A stretch of 64,000 bases of DNA from an uncultured Bacillales bacterium (GCA_947564265.1 CANOBK010000007.1:38529-102528), one strand, 5' to 3'. Positions 43,986-52,857 are shown, numbered from the stretch's first letter. The notes: generated by a model from the letters alone, not told the origin. Program-made: numbers and translations.

Positions 43986-46505
43986 ATGATAGAACTAAAA
44001 GACGTACATAAGACGTATAAATCGAAAAGGAGTAAAAGTACCAAAGCCTTAGATGGAGTTTCGTTAACTCTCGGAAATCAAGGAATGACTTTTATTCTAG
44101 GAAAGAGTGGATCTGGTAAATCAACTTTATTAAATGTTCTAGGGGGACTGGATAAGTATGATTCTGGAGATATGTTAATTCTTGGAAAAAGCAGTAAATC
44201 TTTTACACAGGCAGATTTTGATTCTTATCGAAATACCTATGTAGGATTTATCTTTCAAGAGTTCAACATTTTGGAAGATTATGATGTCTATCAAAATATT
44301 GTCCTTGCCTTACAACTTCAACAGAAAGAAGTAAATGATAAAGAAATTAATCAACTATTAGATAAGTTGGAATTAACAGAATTAAAGAAACGAAAAGTAA
44401 ATGAATTATCTGGAGGACAAAAGCAAAGAGTAGCGATTGCACGTGCCTTAATTAAACAACCGAAAATTATTTTAGCAGATGAGCCTACTGGAAACCTAGA
44501 TAGTAAAACTGGGCGCCAGGTAATGGAACTTTTAAAGAAGATTTCTAAGGAAAAACTAGTAGTAATCGTTTCACACGATGAAGAATATGCTCATGAATAT
44601 GGTGACCGAATTATTGAGATTAAAGATGGAAAAGTCGTAAAAGACTCTAAGAAAATTGAGGAAAATGGTGATGAAGAAAATCATTATCAGACAGTAAAAT
44701 CTCATTTGCCACTGAAAGATAGTTTTAAACTAGGAATTGGGAGTCTAAAGCATAAAAAAGTAAAACTAGTATTTACAGTGTTACTTACCGTTCTAACTCT
44801 TGGATTCTTAAGTTGTACAGATACCCTATCTAGTTATGACTTTAGTGTAGGTCATGCGAAGTTACTAGCGGATAGAAATGAGCAATTTCTACAAGTAGAA
44901 AAGAACTTTGTATCAAGAGATAAAAAGGGAGAAGCAGAGGACGTGGTTACTCTTTCAATGGATGATGATACCTTAAAGAATATTCAAGAAAAAGTGAATC
45001 AAGAAGGTTATGAAGTTTATAAATACTATGATAAAAATTCTTGGGGAGAACCTAGTACGATTCAAAATATCTTACATATTCAAGATGATTCTTATTCTGA
45101 GAGTAAAGCTGAGATTGTAGTAGCGAATGATCTATCTAAGATATTGAGAGAAAGTGTTACTGGTAGAAATCCTAGTGCACCGAATGAAATTGTAATCTCT
45201 AATCAAACAGCAGATTTAATTCTTCAAAAGGGAGTAGAAGTTCATGAAATTGTAGTGAAGAATGAATTTAAGGAATCTTATGTTTTTCAACCAAAATCTT
45301 ATGAAGAAATTTTAAATACAAATTATACTTATTACTTTGGTGTATTAGGGGAAGTTAAAATTGTTGGAATTATCAATTATGATTTGAGTTCTATTTCTCG
45401 CCAATATGAGGAGAATGTTTTAAACAAAATTTATGTAAATGAAGGTTTTATTTCGAATTTAAAAACAGAAGAGTTAAATTCTATAAAATCTAATTATGCA
45501 GTAAACTTAGATGTAACAGGATTGGAAATTCCTAGTGACTATACTATGTCTGTAGCAAACTCTACAGTTTTAAATCATGAAATAGAATATTTTGATGGAA
45601 CTGGATGGAAAAAAACTAGTCAATTAAATGAGAATGAAATCATTCTTTCTATGAGACAAATTGATCCAACGGGAAGCTATGGCGATGATTTGTATAATTA
45701 TACAAGTCAAAATTATAATATGGATTATAATGAAGCAACAAAACGTTTTCTAGCAAATTATATTAGTGAAAAGAATGTAATTGGTCAGAGTGCTACTTTT
45801 AGAGTTAATTATCAAACAATGAATCAGGATTTTGTTAAAGAATATAATAATTTGACTGTTATCGGTGTATATTATGAAGAAATGTCTTCAGATTACTATG
45901 GTGATAATAATTACTTCTCGAATCAGCTATTAGGTGAATATATCCAACAGCCGATAGAAAAATCTAGTGTTTTATATCCGATGACTAGCAAATCAGAATT
46001 TAAAAAATTGTCTAGTATGTTTCCTATTGAAACGGAATTGGCTATAAAATCTACTTATAGTGGTACAATGGCTTATGAAAAGATGTTCTTTGATTCAATT
46101 AAAACACTAGCTTCTTATGTAGGGATGGTCTTTATTGTATTTACAGCATTTTTAATTATTAACTTTATGTTTAATAGTATTAGTTATCGAAAAAAAGAAA
46201 TTGGTGTGTTAAGAGCACTTGGTTCTAGAAGTCTCGATGTAATGAAAATTTTCTTATGGGAAGCTTTTTGTCTTTCTGTTATCTCTGGAACAATTGCCTC
46301 TATCTTACTTGTAGTAGTATCGAATTTTATGAATTCTTATATTATGACAAAACTAGCGGGAATGTTAACAACACCATTTATTGTAGGTATTCGACAATTT
46401 GTTGTTATTTATTTCTTAGTATTTGCGGTTACTTTTATTTCTAGTATTTTACCACTACTTCGAATTTCTAAAATGAGACCGATTGATGCAATCTTAAATA
46501 AATAA
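43986..46505 (+). CDS. MacB/FtsX-type fused ABC transporter (ATPase + large extracytoplasmic domain + FtsX permease)
   Basis: GGGAGTGA RBS; Walker A 'GKSGSGKST', 'LSGGQKQRVAIARAL', 'IILADEPTGNLD'; C-terminal 'YRKKEIGVLRALGSRS' FtsX motif. Confidence 0.88.
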   Translation: MIELKDVHKTYKSKRSKSTKALDGVSLTLGNQGMTFILGKSGSGKSTLLNVLGGLDKYDSGDMLILGKSSKSFTQADFDSYRNTYVGFIFQEFNILEDYDVYQNIVLALQLQQKEVNDKEINQLLDKLELTELKKRKVNELSGGQKQRVAIARALIKQPKIILADEPTGNLDSKTGRQVMELLKKISKEKLVVIVSHDEEYAHEYGDRIIEIKDGKVVKDSKKIEENGDEENHYQTVKSHLPLKDSFKLGIGSLKHKKVKLVFTVLLTVLTLGFLSCTDTLSSYDFSVGHAKLLADRNEQFLQVEKNFVSRDKKGEAEDVVTLSMDDDTLKNIQEKVNQEGYEVYKYYDKNSWGEPSTIQNILHIQDDSYSESKAEIVVANDLSKILRESVTGRNPSAPNEIVISNQTADLILQKGVEVHEIVVKNEFKESYVFQPKSYEEILNTNYTYYFGVLGEVKIVGIINYDLSSISRQYEENVLNKIYVNEGFISNLKTEELNSIKSNYAVNLDVTGLEIPSDYTMSVANSTVLNHEIEYFDGTGWKKTSQLNENEIILSMRQIDPTGSYGDDLYNYTSQNYNMDYNEATKRFLANYISEKNVIGQSATFRVNYQTMNQDFVKEYNNLTVIGVYYEEMSSDYYGDNNYFSNQLLGEYIQQPIEKSSVLYPMTSKSEFKKLSSMFPIETELAIKSTYSGTMAYEKMFFDSIKTLASYVGMVFIVFTAFLIINFMFNSISYRKKEIGVLRALGSRSLDVMKIFLWEAFCLSVISGTIASILLVVVSNFMNSYIMTKLAGMLTTPFIVGIRQFVVIYFLVFAVTFISSILPLLRISKMRPIDAILNK

Positions 46506-46515
46506 AGTTACATAC

Positions 46516-46548
46516 AAAAACAATGGTTCAATCTACCATTGTTTTTTT
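46516..46548. terminator. Bidirectional rho-independent terminator between convergent genes
   Basis: AAAAACAATGG (46516-46526) / CCATTGTTTTT (46536-46546). Confidence 0.85.
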
Positions 46549-46551
46549 GTT

Positions 46552-47127
46552 TTATTTTTTCTTTTTACTTAGGATATAAGGAGTAAGGACGCCAACGGTT
46601 CTTTCTTCGTGAATTTCTCCTTGAATGCATAAATCGATAATTTCTTCATAATCTTTCCAAACAAATCCTTCGATGACTTCATCCTCTTCTAATTTAGGAC
46701 CATCTTTACTAACTTCATAATCTGTGATTTCATAATAATAAAGATCCCAAATAACACCAGCACCATCATGAGAGATTTTCAGAAGTTTTGGGTTTTTTAC
46801 AATTACGCCAACTTCTTCCATGACTTCTTTTGGTACTGTTTTTTCTACATGTTCTAGAACGGTATCTTCTTGAATTGATTTTTTATAATCATCTAAGGAA
46901 TCAAATACTTTTCCTCCTGGTAATCGGTAATCCCAGCCATTTAGTTCATAGCGAAATTCTCGAGATAAGAGAATTTTCATATTCTCTTCATCTACGATTA
47001 AAGCGCGGATTCCTGGAGGGCGTCTCACCATATTTCTTTTTACTGTTTTTTCCTTTCCTTCGATTAAAAAGGTCTCTTCTGTTTGAATAAATTCAAAAAA
47101 ACCATTGTCAAATAGTGACTTTTCCAT
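46552..47127 (-). CDS. NUDIX-like hydrolase with an interrupted Nudix box
   Basis: 'LPGGKVFDS...(insert)...KEVMEEVGV'; ADP-ribose-pyrophosphatase-like overall layout. Confidence 0.6.
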   Translation of the reverse strand: MEKSLFDNGFFEFIQTEETFLIEGKEKTVKRNMVRRPPGIRALIVDEENMKILLSREFRYELNGWDYRLPGGKVFDSLDDYKKSIQEDTVLEHVEKTVPKEVMEEVGVIVKNPKLLKISHDGAGVIWDLYYYEITDYEVSKDGPKLEEDEVIEGFVWKDYEEIIDLCIQGEIHEERTVGVLTPYILSKKKK

Positions 47128-47170
47128 AATATCAACTCCTAGTTCGATTATAACATTTTTCTATTAAGAT

Positions 47171-47201
47171 TTCATTAAAAATGGAGAAACTGTGCTATAA
47201 T
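47171..47201 (+). promoter_or_regulatory. Putative promoter (extended -10)
   Basis: TGTGcTATAAT (TATAAT 47196-47201); weak -35 TTCATT. Confidence 0.5.
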
Positions 47202-47246
47202 GAAAGTGGGTAGAAGGGAGGGAGAGTTCTGAAGAAGCGGCAAGAA

Positions 47247-48203
47247 GTGTATGACCTCTATTGGTATTTTGCATGGGAGAGACAAAATATATTTATTAGG
47301 AAGCAAGAAGGACAATCTCCCCCTTGGACGAAAGACCCTATCCTAAAGCAATATAAATTTTGTAATAGTTACCGAGTGAATGATCGAGTAAGTCAGTATT
47401 TATTAAAAAATGTAATTTATAATGGAAAGGTTTATTCTAAAGAAGATATGCTATTTCGTATTTTACTATTTAAGTTCTTTAATAAAGAAAGTACTTGGCA
47501 ATTACTTGAACAGGAGTTAGGTGAGATTACCTTAAAAACATTCTCTATAAAAAAGTATTCATCTATTCTAGAGACGGCGATTTCAAAAGGAATCAAAATT
47601 TACAATGATGCCTATATTAGTTGTGCAACTAAAGCTTATGGATATGATCGAAAACATGACAATCATCTAGCGTTATTAGAACATATCTTTAAAATAGATC
47701 AAGCACATTTAGAATTATTAAATGCTAAAACGATGAAAGATGCCTTTCATATTCTAAAAAGATATCCTCTTATTGGAAACTTTATGGCTTATCAGCTTGT
47801 AACAGACATTAATTATAGCGATATTGTATCTTGGGAAGAAAATGAATTTACGGTAGCGGGACCAGGATCTGAGAGAGGGATTAAAAAGTGTTTTATTGAT
47901 AAAGGAGGACTCTCGAATGAAGAAATTATTCGTTATATGTATGAACATCAAGAAGAAGAGTTTCTTCGGTTAGGATTCGATTTTAAAAGAATCGGAAATC
48001 GTTCTCTTCAACTAATTGATTGTCAAAATATTTTTTGTGAATTAGATAAGTATTGTAGAGTTTATTTTCCTGAGTTAAAATCAAATCGAGTAAAGATAAA
48101 AAAGAAATACATTCCTAAAAAAGGAAAGATAGAGTATATCTATCCACCAAAATGGAATATAAAAGGAGATGGAGATAATTATGAGAAAAGAAGATATTTT
48201 TGA
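47247..48203 (+). CDS. Possible member of the thymidine-hypermodification family (aGPT-Pplase / 5-hmdU DNA kinase helical-domain; databases label relatives 'nucleotide kinase domain-containing')
   Basis: From memory only: N-terminal 'LYWYFAWERQNIFIRKQEGQSPPWTKDPILKQYKFCNSYRVNDRVSQYL'. GTG start. Confidence 0.4.
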   Translation: MYDLYWYFAWERQNIFIRKQEGQSPPWTKDPILKQYKFCNSYRVNDRVSQYLLKNVIYNGKVYSKEDMLFRILLFKFFNKESTWQLLEQELGEITLKTFSIKKYSSILETAISKGIKIYNDAYISCATKAYGYDRKHDNHLALLEHIFKIDQAHLELLNAKTMKDAFHILKRYPLIGNFMAYQLVTDINYSDIVSWEENEFTVAGPGSERGIKKCFIDKGGLSNEEIIRYMYEHQEEEFLRLGFDFKRIGNRSLQLIDCQNIFCELDKYCRVYFPELKSNRVKIKKKYIPKKGKIEYIYPPKWNIKGDGDNYEKRRYF

Positions 48204-48297
48204 ATTAGGAATGGGAACTTGGAAAATTAATCCAGAGGATTTTGAACAAGATTTAGAAGCTTTACTTTATTCCTATAATCATGGTCAAAACTCTTAA
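48181..48297 (+). pseudogene. 5' fragment (38 codons) of an aldo/keto reductase
   Basis: 'MRKEDIFELGMGTWKINPEDFEQDLEALLYSYNHGQNS*' matches an AKR N-terminus ('LG.GTW') and then stops. Confidence 0.6.
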
Positions 48298-48317
48298 CTT
48301 GTTATGTAGAAGCTGGA

Positions 48318-48689
48318 TTGATCAATGAAAATACAGTAATCTTTGCCCATTCAATTGCACCAGTCTTTATTTCAAAGTTTTTAATTAAAAATAAATTGAA
48401 AGTAAAGCGATGCGTCTTCGTTTGTGGTTTTAACAATTACTTGGGGATTGATGAAGAATACGATACCGTGAATAAAAGTATGTATTTAGAAAATCTAAAC
48501 GAGGTAAAAAACTACTGTGATGATATTGTTTGTTTTTATTCTGATAATGATCCTTATGTAAAACAAAGCGTTGAAAAAGAATTTGCAGATACCATTACGA
48601 CAAATCAAATTATGATTCCTGGTGGAGGTCATTTGAACTCTGAAAGTGGTTATCAGGAATTTAGTGAATTATTAAACTACTTATCATAG
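48318..48689 (+). pseudogene. N-terminally truncated YdeN/RBBP9-like serine hydrolase
   Basis: Begins inside the fold at 'NTVIFAHSIAP' (nucleophile elbow); TTG pseudo-start, no RBS; about 55-60 N-terminal residues are missing. Confidence 0.5.
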
Positions 48690-48714
48690 AAATAGGAAGA
48701 AATTTCTTTTTAAA

Positions 48715-48743
48715 TTTACTTACTCAAGCAATTAGAGTATAAT
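48715..48743 (+). promoter_or_regulatory. Putative sigma-A promoter of the WYL-regulator operon
   Basis: TTTACT (48715-48720), 17-nt spacer, TATAAT (48738-48743). Confidence 0.6.
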
Positions 48744-48783
48744 AACTAAGAAATCAGAAAGAAATCTTTCAGAGGTGATTCTA

Positions 48784-49260
48784 ATGTCAAAGGTTAGTAA
48801 CGTATTAACGATGATTGAATACTTAAGTAGTGGTAGAAAGTATAATATTCAGGAATTATCAGAATTATTAGAGGTATCTCCAAGAATGATTCGTGTTTAT
48901 AAAGATGAGATTGAAAAAGCAGGAATTTATATTGATACAATCAAGGGTCCTTATGGAGGTTATGTATTAAATCAAAATATTCATGTTCCGAAACGATTTA
49001 TCTCACCGAATCCGATTCGTGTTGAAAATAAAGAAATATTCAATATTGTGAGTAGAGGGATTAAAGAGAATTGTAAATGTAAAATTCATTATTATTCGAA
49101 AGGAAATACCTTAACTTCTAGAATCATTCATCCTTATGAATTAATTCTATTTGGAGACGAATGGGGTGTTGCTGCCTATTGTGAATTGCGAGATGAAATT
49201 AGACATTTTTATATTAATCGAATTGAGTCGATTCAATTATTAGAAAATTTTTCTAACTGA
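48784..49260 (+). CDS. Short HTH + WYL-domain transcriptional regulator (YafY/BrxR/CapW-like layout)
   Basis: GAGGTG RBS; HTH 'YNIQELSELLEVSPRMIRVYKDEIEKAG'; WYL-type 'FGDEWGVAAYCELRDEIRHFYINRIESIQLLE'. Confidence 0.75.
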   Translation: MSKVSNVLTMIEYLSSGRKYNIQELSELLEVSPRMIRVYKDEIEKAGIYIDTIKGPYGGYVLNQNIHVPKRFISPNPIRVENKEIFNIVSRGIKENCKCKIHYYSKGNTLTSRIIHPYELILFGDEWGVAAYCELRDEIRHFYINRIESIQLLENFSN

Positions 49261-49313
49261 CAGATATATTGCCTCTTCTTTTTGTATGATGATATTGAAA
49301 GAGAGGTTTTTAA

Positions 49314-50345
49314 ATGATAAAACATAATTTTACAGAACCAACCAGTATTAATTTTTCAAAGTTAGAAGAGAGAATCATGGCGGTCAATCATCCTGATTTT
49401 ACAAAAGTAGAAGAAATTCGTGAAATGATTTATGGTTTAATTGTTGATGGTAAGCCAACGTTAATTATGGCAACTGGTGGATCGAAGGTTGTTGCCTATT
49501 ATTTGCAACTTATTTTAGAAAGAATAAAATTTAGTGGGATTATTACGGAAGTAATCGAACCAAGAGATTATTTTTATAAGGAAAATCGAGAAATGTTTTC
49601 AAATTTAATTGTAATCTCTGCGAGTGGGAGAACTAATGGGGTTAAAGAGGCACTTGCTGATTTTCAAGGAAATAAGTATCTTTTATGTGAAGAGGGAAAT
49701 TCTTTGGGAGATTTTACGGTTTCATGGAAGAATGAACTCTATGAGAAAGAAAAAAGCTTTATTTCTCTTGCCTCTAGCTTAGCACCAATTACACTTTTAT
49801 TAGATGCAACAACGTCATTAAGACTAGAACTGAGTTCAAAAGAGCTTCGGGATATCAATGAAAAAATCCATGATTTGTTACTTCGAAGTCAAGAGAAGGT
49901 AGAGTGTTTACCCGTTGATTTTAAAGATACAAGTCTAATTCAAATTATGACAGGTTATGAAACAAGAGTATCTAGTAGTGTATTAGAATCTAACTTGGTA
50001 GAGTCTGGTGCTTGTATTCCTGTTTTACATGATAAAGGTTCGTTTTGTCATGGAAGAAGTAATTTATTATTTCAAAATCCAGAAAGTAAATGCATCTATT
50101 TGACTCATGGAAGAAAAGAGCTGGATTCAATCTTAATTGATTTAATTGGGGAAGAATATTCTAATCTATCGGTTTTTGATACAGAGGATTTAAATGACGA
50201 TATTTTCTGGAGGGAATATTATTTAATGTTACAAATGTACTTTTTATCTAAAAAGGTTGCAGAGGACAAAAATATAGATTTAACACAGCCAGAATATAAT
50301 CCTAAGATTATCAAAAAAATTTATTCATTTAAGGGGGAAATGTAA
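49314..50345 (+). CDS. Unknown protein with N-terminal SIS-like (phosphosugar-binding Rossmann) signature
   Basis: 'LIMATGGSKVVAYYLQLILE ... NLIVISASGRTNGVKEAL' resembles SIS motifs; the rest is unrecognised. Confidence 0.45.
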   Translation: MIKHNFTEPTSINFSKLEERIMAVNHPDFTKVEEIREMIYGLIVDGKPTLIMATGGSKVVAYYLQLILERIKFSGIITEVIEPRDYFYKENREMFSNLIVISASGRTNGVKEALADFQGNKYLLCEEGNSLGDFTVSWKNELYEKEKSFISLASSLAPITLLLDATTSLRLELSSKELRDINEKIHDLLLRSQEKVECLPVDFKDTSLIQIMTGYETRVSSSVLESNLVESGACIPVLHDKGSFCHGRSNLLFQNPESKCIYLTHGRKELDSILIDLIGEEYSNLSVFDTEDLNDDIFWREYYLMLQMYFLSKKVAEDKNIDLTQPEYNPKIIKKIYSFKGEM

Positions 50346-50346
50346 G

Positions 50347-50961
50347 ATGGAACGATTAACTTATGTAACTAGTAATTCTAAAAAATATATTGCAGTAAAG
50401 GAACATTTTGAAGAAGAGGGCTTAGAACTAGATTATTTTATACAAGATCTTTTTGAACCCGAAATTAATGATATTGAGAAAATATCAAGAACGAAAGCAG
50501 AGGAAGCCTATTCTATCTTAGGAAAACCTTGCTTTGTCGCAGATAGTGGATTTTATATTGATCATTATCCTGGAAATCCTGGGTATCCAGGAGCTTTTGC
50601 GAAACGAAGTGGAGTTAGTTCTGATATTGATTCTTTATTAAAGGTCATGGAGAACGTTTCGGATAGGACTTGTCGGTTTGTTGATTGTTTAACGTTTTAT
50701 GATGGAAAAGACTTTTATACTTTTTATGGGGTTAGTGAGGGTAGTTTGGCAGATACTCCTAGGGGAGAACATACGGAAAAAGCTAAATCCAATTTATGGA
50801 GATTATTTATTCCAAAAAATTGTTCTAAAACTTTAGCCGAGATGACTGACTATGAAAGAAAGACAAGAGAAGATGGTCGTACTTCTGCGACAGAACTCTT
50901 TGCGAAATGGTATAAGAATGAGTATAACAAAGGAAAAATTATAAAAAAGGAGTATTCATAA
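50347..50961 (+). CDS. Ham1/ITPase-like NTP pyrophosphatase, second divergent paralogue
   Basis: ATG 1 nt after the upstream stop; 'TYVTSNSKKYIAVKEHF', 'FVADSGFYIDHYPGNPGYPGAFAKR', 'LFIPKNCSKTLAEMTDYERK'. Confidence 0.65.
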   Translation: MERLTYVTSNSKKYIAVKEHFEEEGLELDYFIQDLFEPEINDIEKISRTKAEEAYSILGKPCFVADSGFYIDHYPGNPGYPGAFAKRSGVSSDIDSLLKVMENVSDRTCRFVDCLTFYDGKDFYTFYGVSEGSLADTPRGEHTEKAKSNLWRLFIPKNCSKTLAEMTDYERKTREDGRTSATELFAKWYKNEYNKGKIIKKEYS

Positions 50962-51017
50962 AAATCGTAGGAAGGTATTTTCAATTAGAAAGTGTTGTGT
51001 TATACTGAATCTGTAAA

Positions 51018-51058
51018 GGGCTAGTAGAGACTTTATTGTTTTTACTAGTCCTTTTTTT
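51018..51058 (+). terminator. Putative rho-independent terminator (long loop)
   Basis: GGGCTAGTA (51018-51026) / TACTAGTCC (51043-51051) then TTTTTTT. Confidence 0.5.
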
Positions 51059-51075
51059 GTTGGAGGTTTTAAGAT

Positions 51076-51237
51076 ATGGATGCAAAAGAGATAGGGCAAT
51101 TTATTGCAAAATGTAGAAGGGAACAAGGCTATAGTTAAAATCAATTGGGAATTCTTCTTGGAATATCTGGAAAATCTATTTCTAAATGGGACTTTAGTAT
51201 ACCAGATATATTTTTTGTTAAGTTCATAAGTAAATGA
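51076..51237 (+). pseudogene. XRE-family HTH gene inactivated by an in-frame stop
   Basis: GGAGG RBS; 'MDAKEIGQFIAKCRREQGYS*NQLGILLGISGKSISKWD...' with TAA at 51136-51138 inside the HTH. Confidence 0.7.
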
Positions 51238-51762
51238 GTATCAGTAGAAGAATTGTTGGAAGCGAAAAAGAAAGATGATGTCATGAATCAATGAGGAAAC
51301 AAAATTCTCCAAAGGGATTCTAGAAGTCTTTCTAATATTTGTGTTTTGTAAGGGGACTTATTAAGTCCATCTTCTTTTTTTTAGGTATGGACTTAACAAG
51401 TCCTCCCAAAAATTTCCAATTTGTATTATTGTGGAGGAAAAGAGGTAAGTTTAAATAAAAAAGATTAGTATATTTACACTAAGAATGGCACTACTATTAG
51501 GTATTTCAACTTATGATGTTTAGCAAGCTATCAACATGATACTATTGCTACAACACTAGTTAAGAGTAAAGATTATACTTTTTCAATAACTGGATATTAG
51601 AAGGTATTTGACTTCAGTGCAGGATCTCGAACATCTATGATGGAATGAATGGCGTTGATATTGTACTATAAAAATTATTAATTTTGGTAACAACGTAATT
51701 TTGCAAAATGCGTATGAGCTGCAGATAGTGTTTGTTATAAATACAAAGAAGAGGAGAAAATT

Positions 51763-52857
51763 ATGAAAAAACGAGGTAAAATATTTTTAGGTATCACCTT
51801 AATTTTTGTGTTTGTAACATTATTTAGTTATCTAAATAGAAATCAAATTTTAACATTTGTAGAAAAAAGAAAATTTTCTCAACTTGGATATCAAGAAGAA
51901 GACATTACTACAATTTACAAAGAACTTTCAGTTGAACAAAGAAAAAAACTACTAAAGCTAGATTATTTTGATTCAATACAAGATATATTACAATCGGAAA
52001 ATTATCAATCTAATAACCTATTTCTTTATTTATCTTATATTAAAGAAAATCGATTATCAAGGGAACTTATTTCAGATGCTATATTATTGGTGAATGAAGG
52101 AATTGATCAATCATATTCCGAAGAATTGGTTAGTATTGTAAAAAGTGAATTTTATTTATCTAATCGTTTGGATCGATATCTTTCTTATCAGAAAATTCAT
52201 GATGTTTCTGTAGAAGAGGTAATTCGTGATGTAAATGCTAATATAGATTTTCCATTTTATACAAATACAGTGCCTTGTGATTCAACGAAGGGAACCTCTT
52301 TGCTTATTAATAAATATTATTATTTAGATAAAGAAAACTTTTCTGATGACTTAGTAGTAATGGATCCAAGTTATGATAATCAAAATGGTGATCAATTGAA
52401 TCGGATTGCTTATGGGTCCTTTAAACAATTAGTGGATGATGCAGAAAGAGAAGGTTATCATATTCGTAATAATTCTGCTTATCGTAGTTATGAAACTCAA
52501 GAAGCAATATATAATAATTATAAAAATCAATATGGCTTTGATGAAGCAGAAAAATGGGCTGCTCGTCTAGGATATTCAGAACATCATTCTGGATTATCAT
52601 TAGATGTAGGTGTTGAGAAAAGATATGCAATTGGAAAATTCGAATATTCAAAAGAGTTTACATGGATGAAGGAAAATGCCTATAAATATGGATTTATTTT
52701 AAGATATCCAAAGGAAAAAGAACTTCTTACAGGAGTAAATTATGAGCCATGGCATTATCGTTACGTAGGATTAGAAATAGCTACTTATATTTATGAGCAT
52801 GATATTACTTTTGAGGAGTATTATGCATATTTTATAGAAAATGAAAAGAATCATTAG
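51763..52857 (+). CDS. M15B (VanY-like) D-alanyl-D-alanine carboxypeptidase, membrane-anchored
   Basis: N-terminal TM; 'SAYRSYETQ', 'SEHHSGLSLD', 'EPWHYRYVG'. Confidence 0.85.
   Translation: MKKRGKIFLGITLIFVFVTLFSYLNRNQILTFVEKRKFSQLGYQEEDITTIYKELSVEQRKKLLKLDYFDSIQDILQSENYQSNNLFLYLSYIKENRLSRELISDAILLVNEGIDQSYSEELVSIVKSEFYLSNRLDRYLSYQKIHDVSVEEVIRDVNANIDFPFYTNTVPCDSTKGTSLLINKYYYLDKENFSDDLVVMDPSYDNQNGDQLNRIAYGSFKQLVDDAEREGYHIRNNSAYRSYETQEAIYNNYKNQYGFDEAEKWAARLGYSEHHSGLSLDVGVEKRYAIGKFEYSKEFTWMKENAYKYGFILRYPKEKELLTGVNYEPWHYRYVGLEIATYIYEHDITFEEYYAYFIENEKNH

Noticed and set aside
51352-51406. Imperfect inverted repeat GGGGACTTATTAAGTCCA ... TGGACTTAACAAGTCCTCC, considered as IS ends, a tRNA fragment or an att site
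   Set aside because: Each arm is itself a small hairpin. There is no adjacent transposase or integrase, no cloverleaf and no second copy in the window. It is probably terminator debris within the decayed segment.
38972-51762. Interpretation of the nucleotide/DNA-base island as a prophage or integrative element
   Set aside because: No integrase, recombinase, tRNA target, direct repeats, or structural or replication phage genes were found. Only decay scars hint at horizontal origin.
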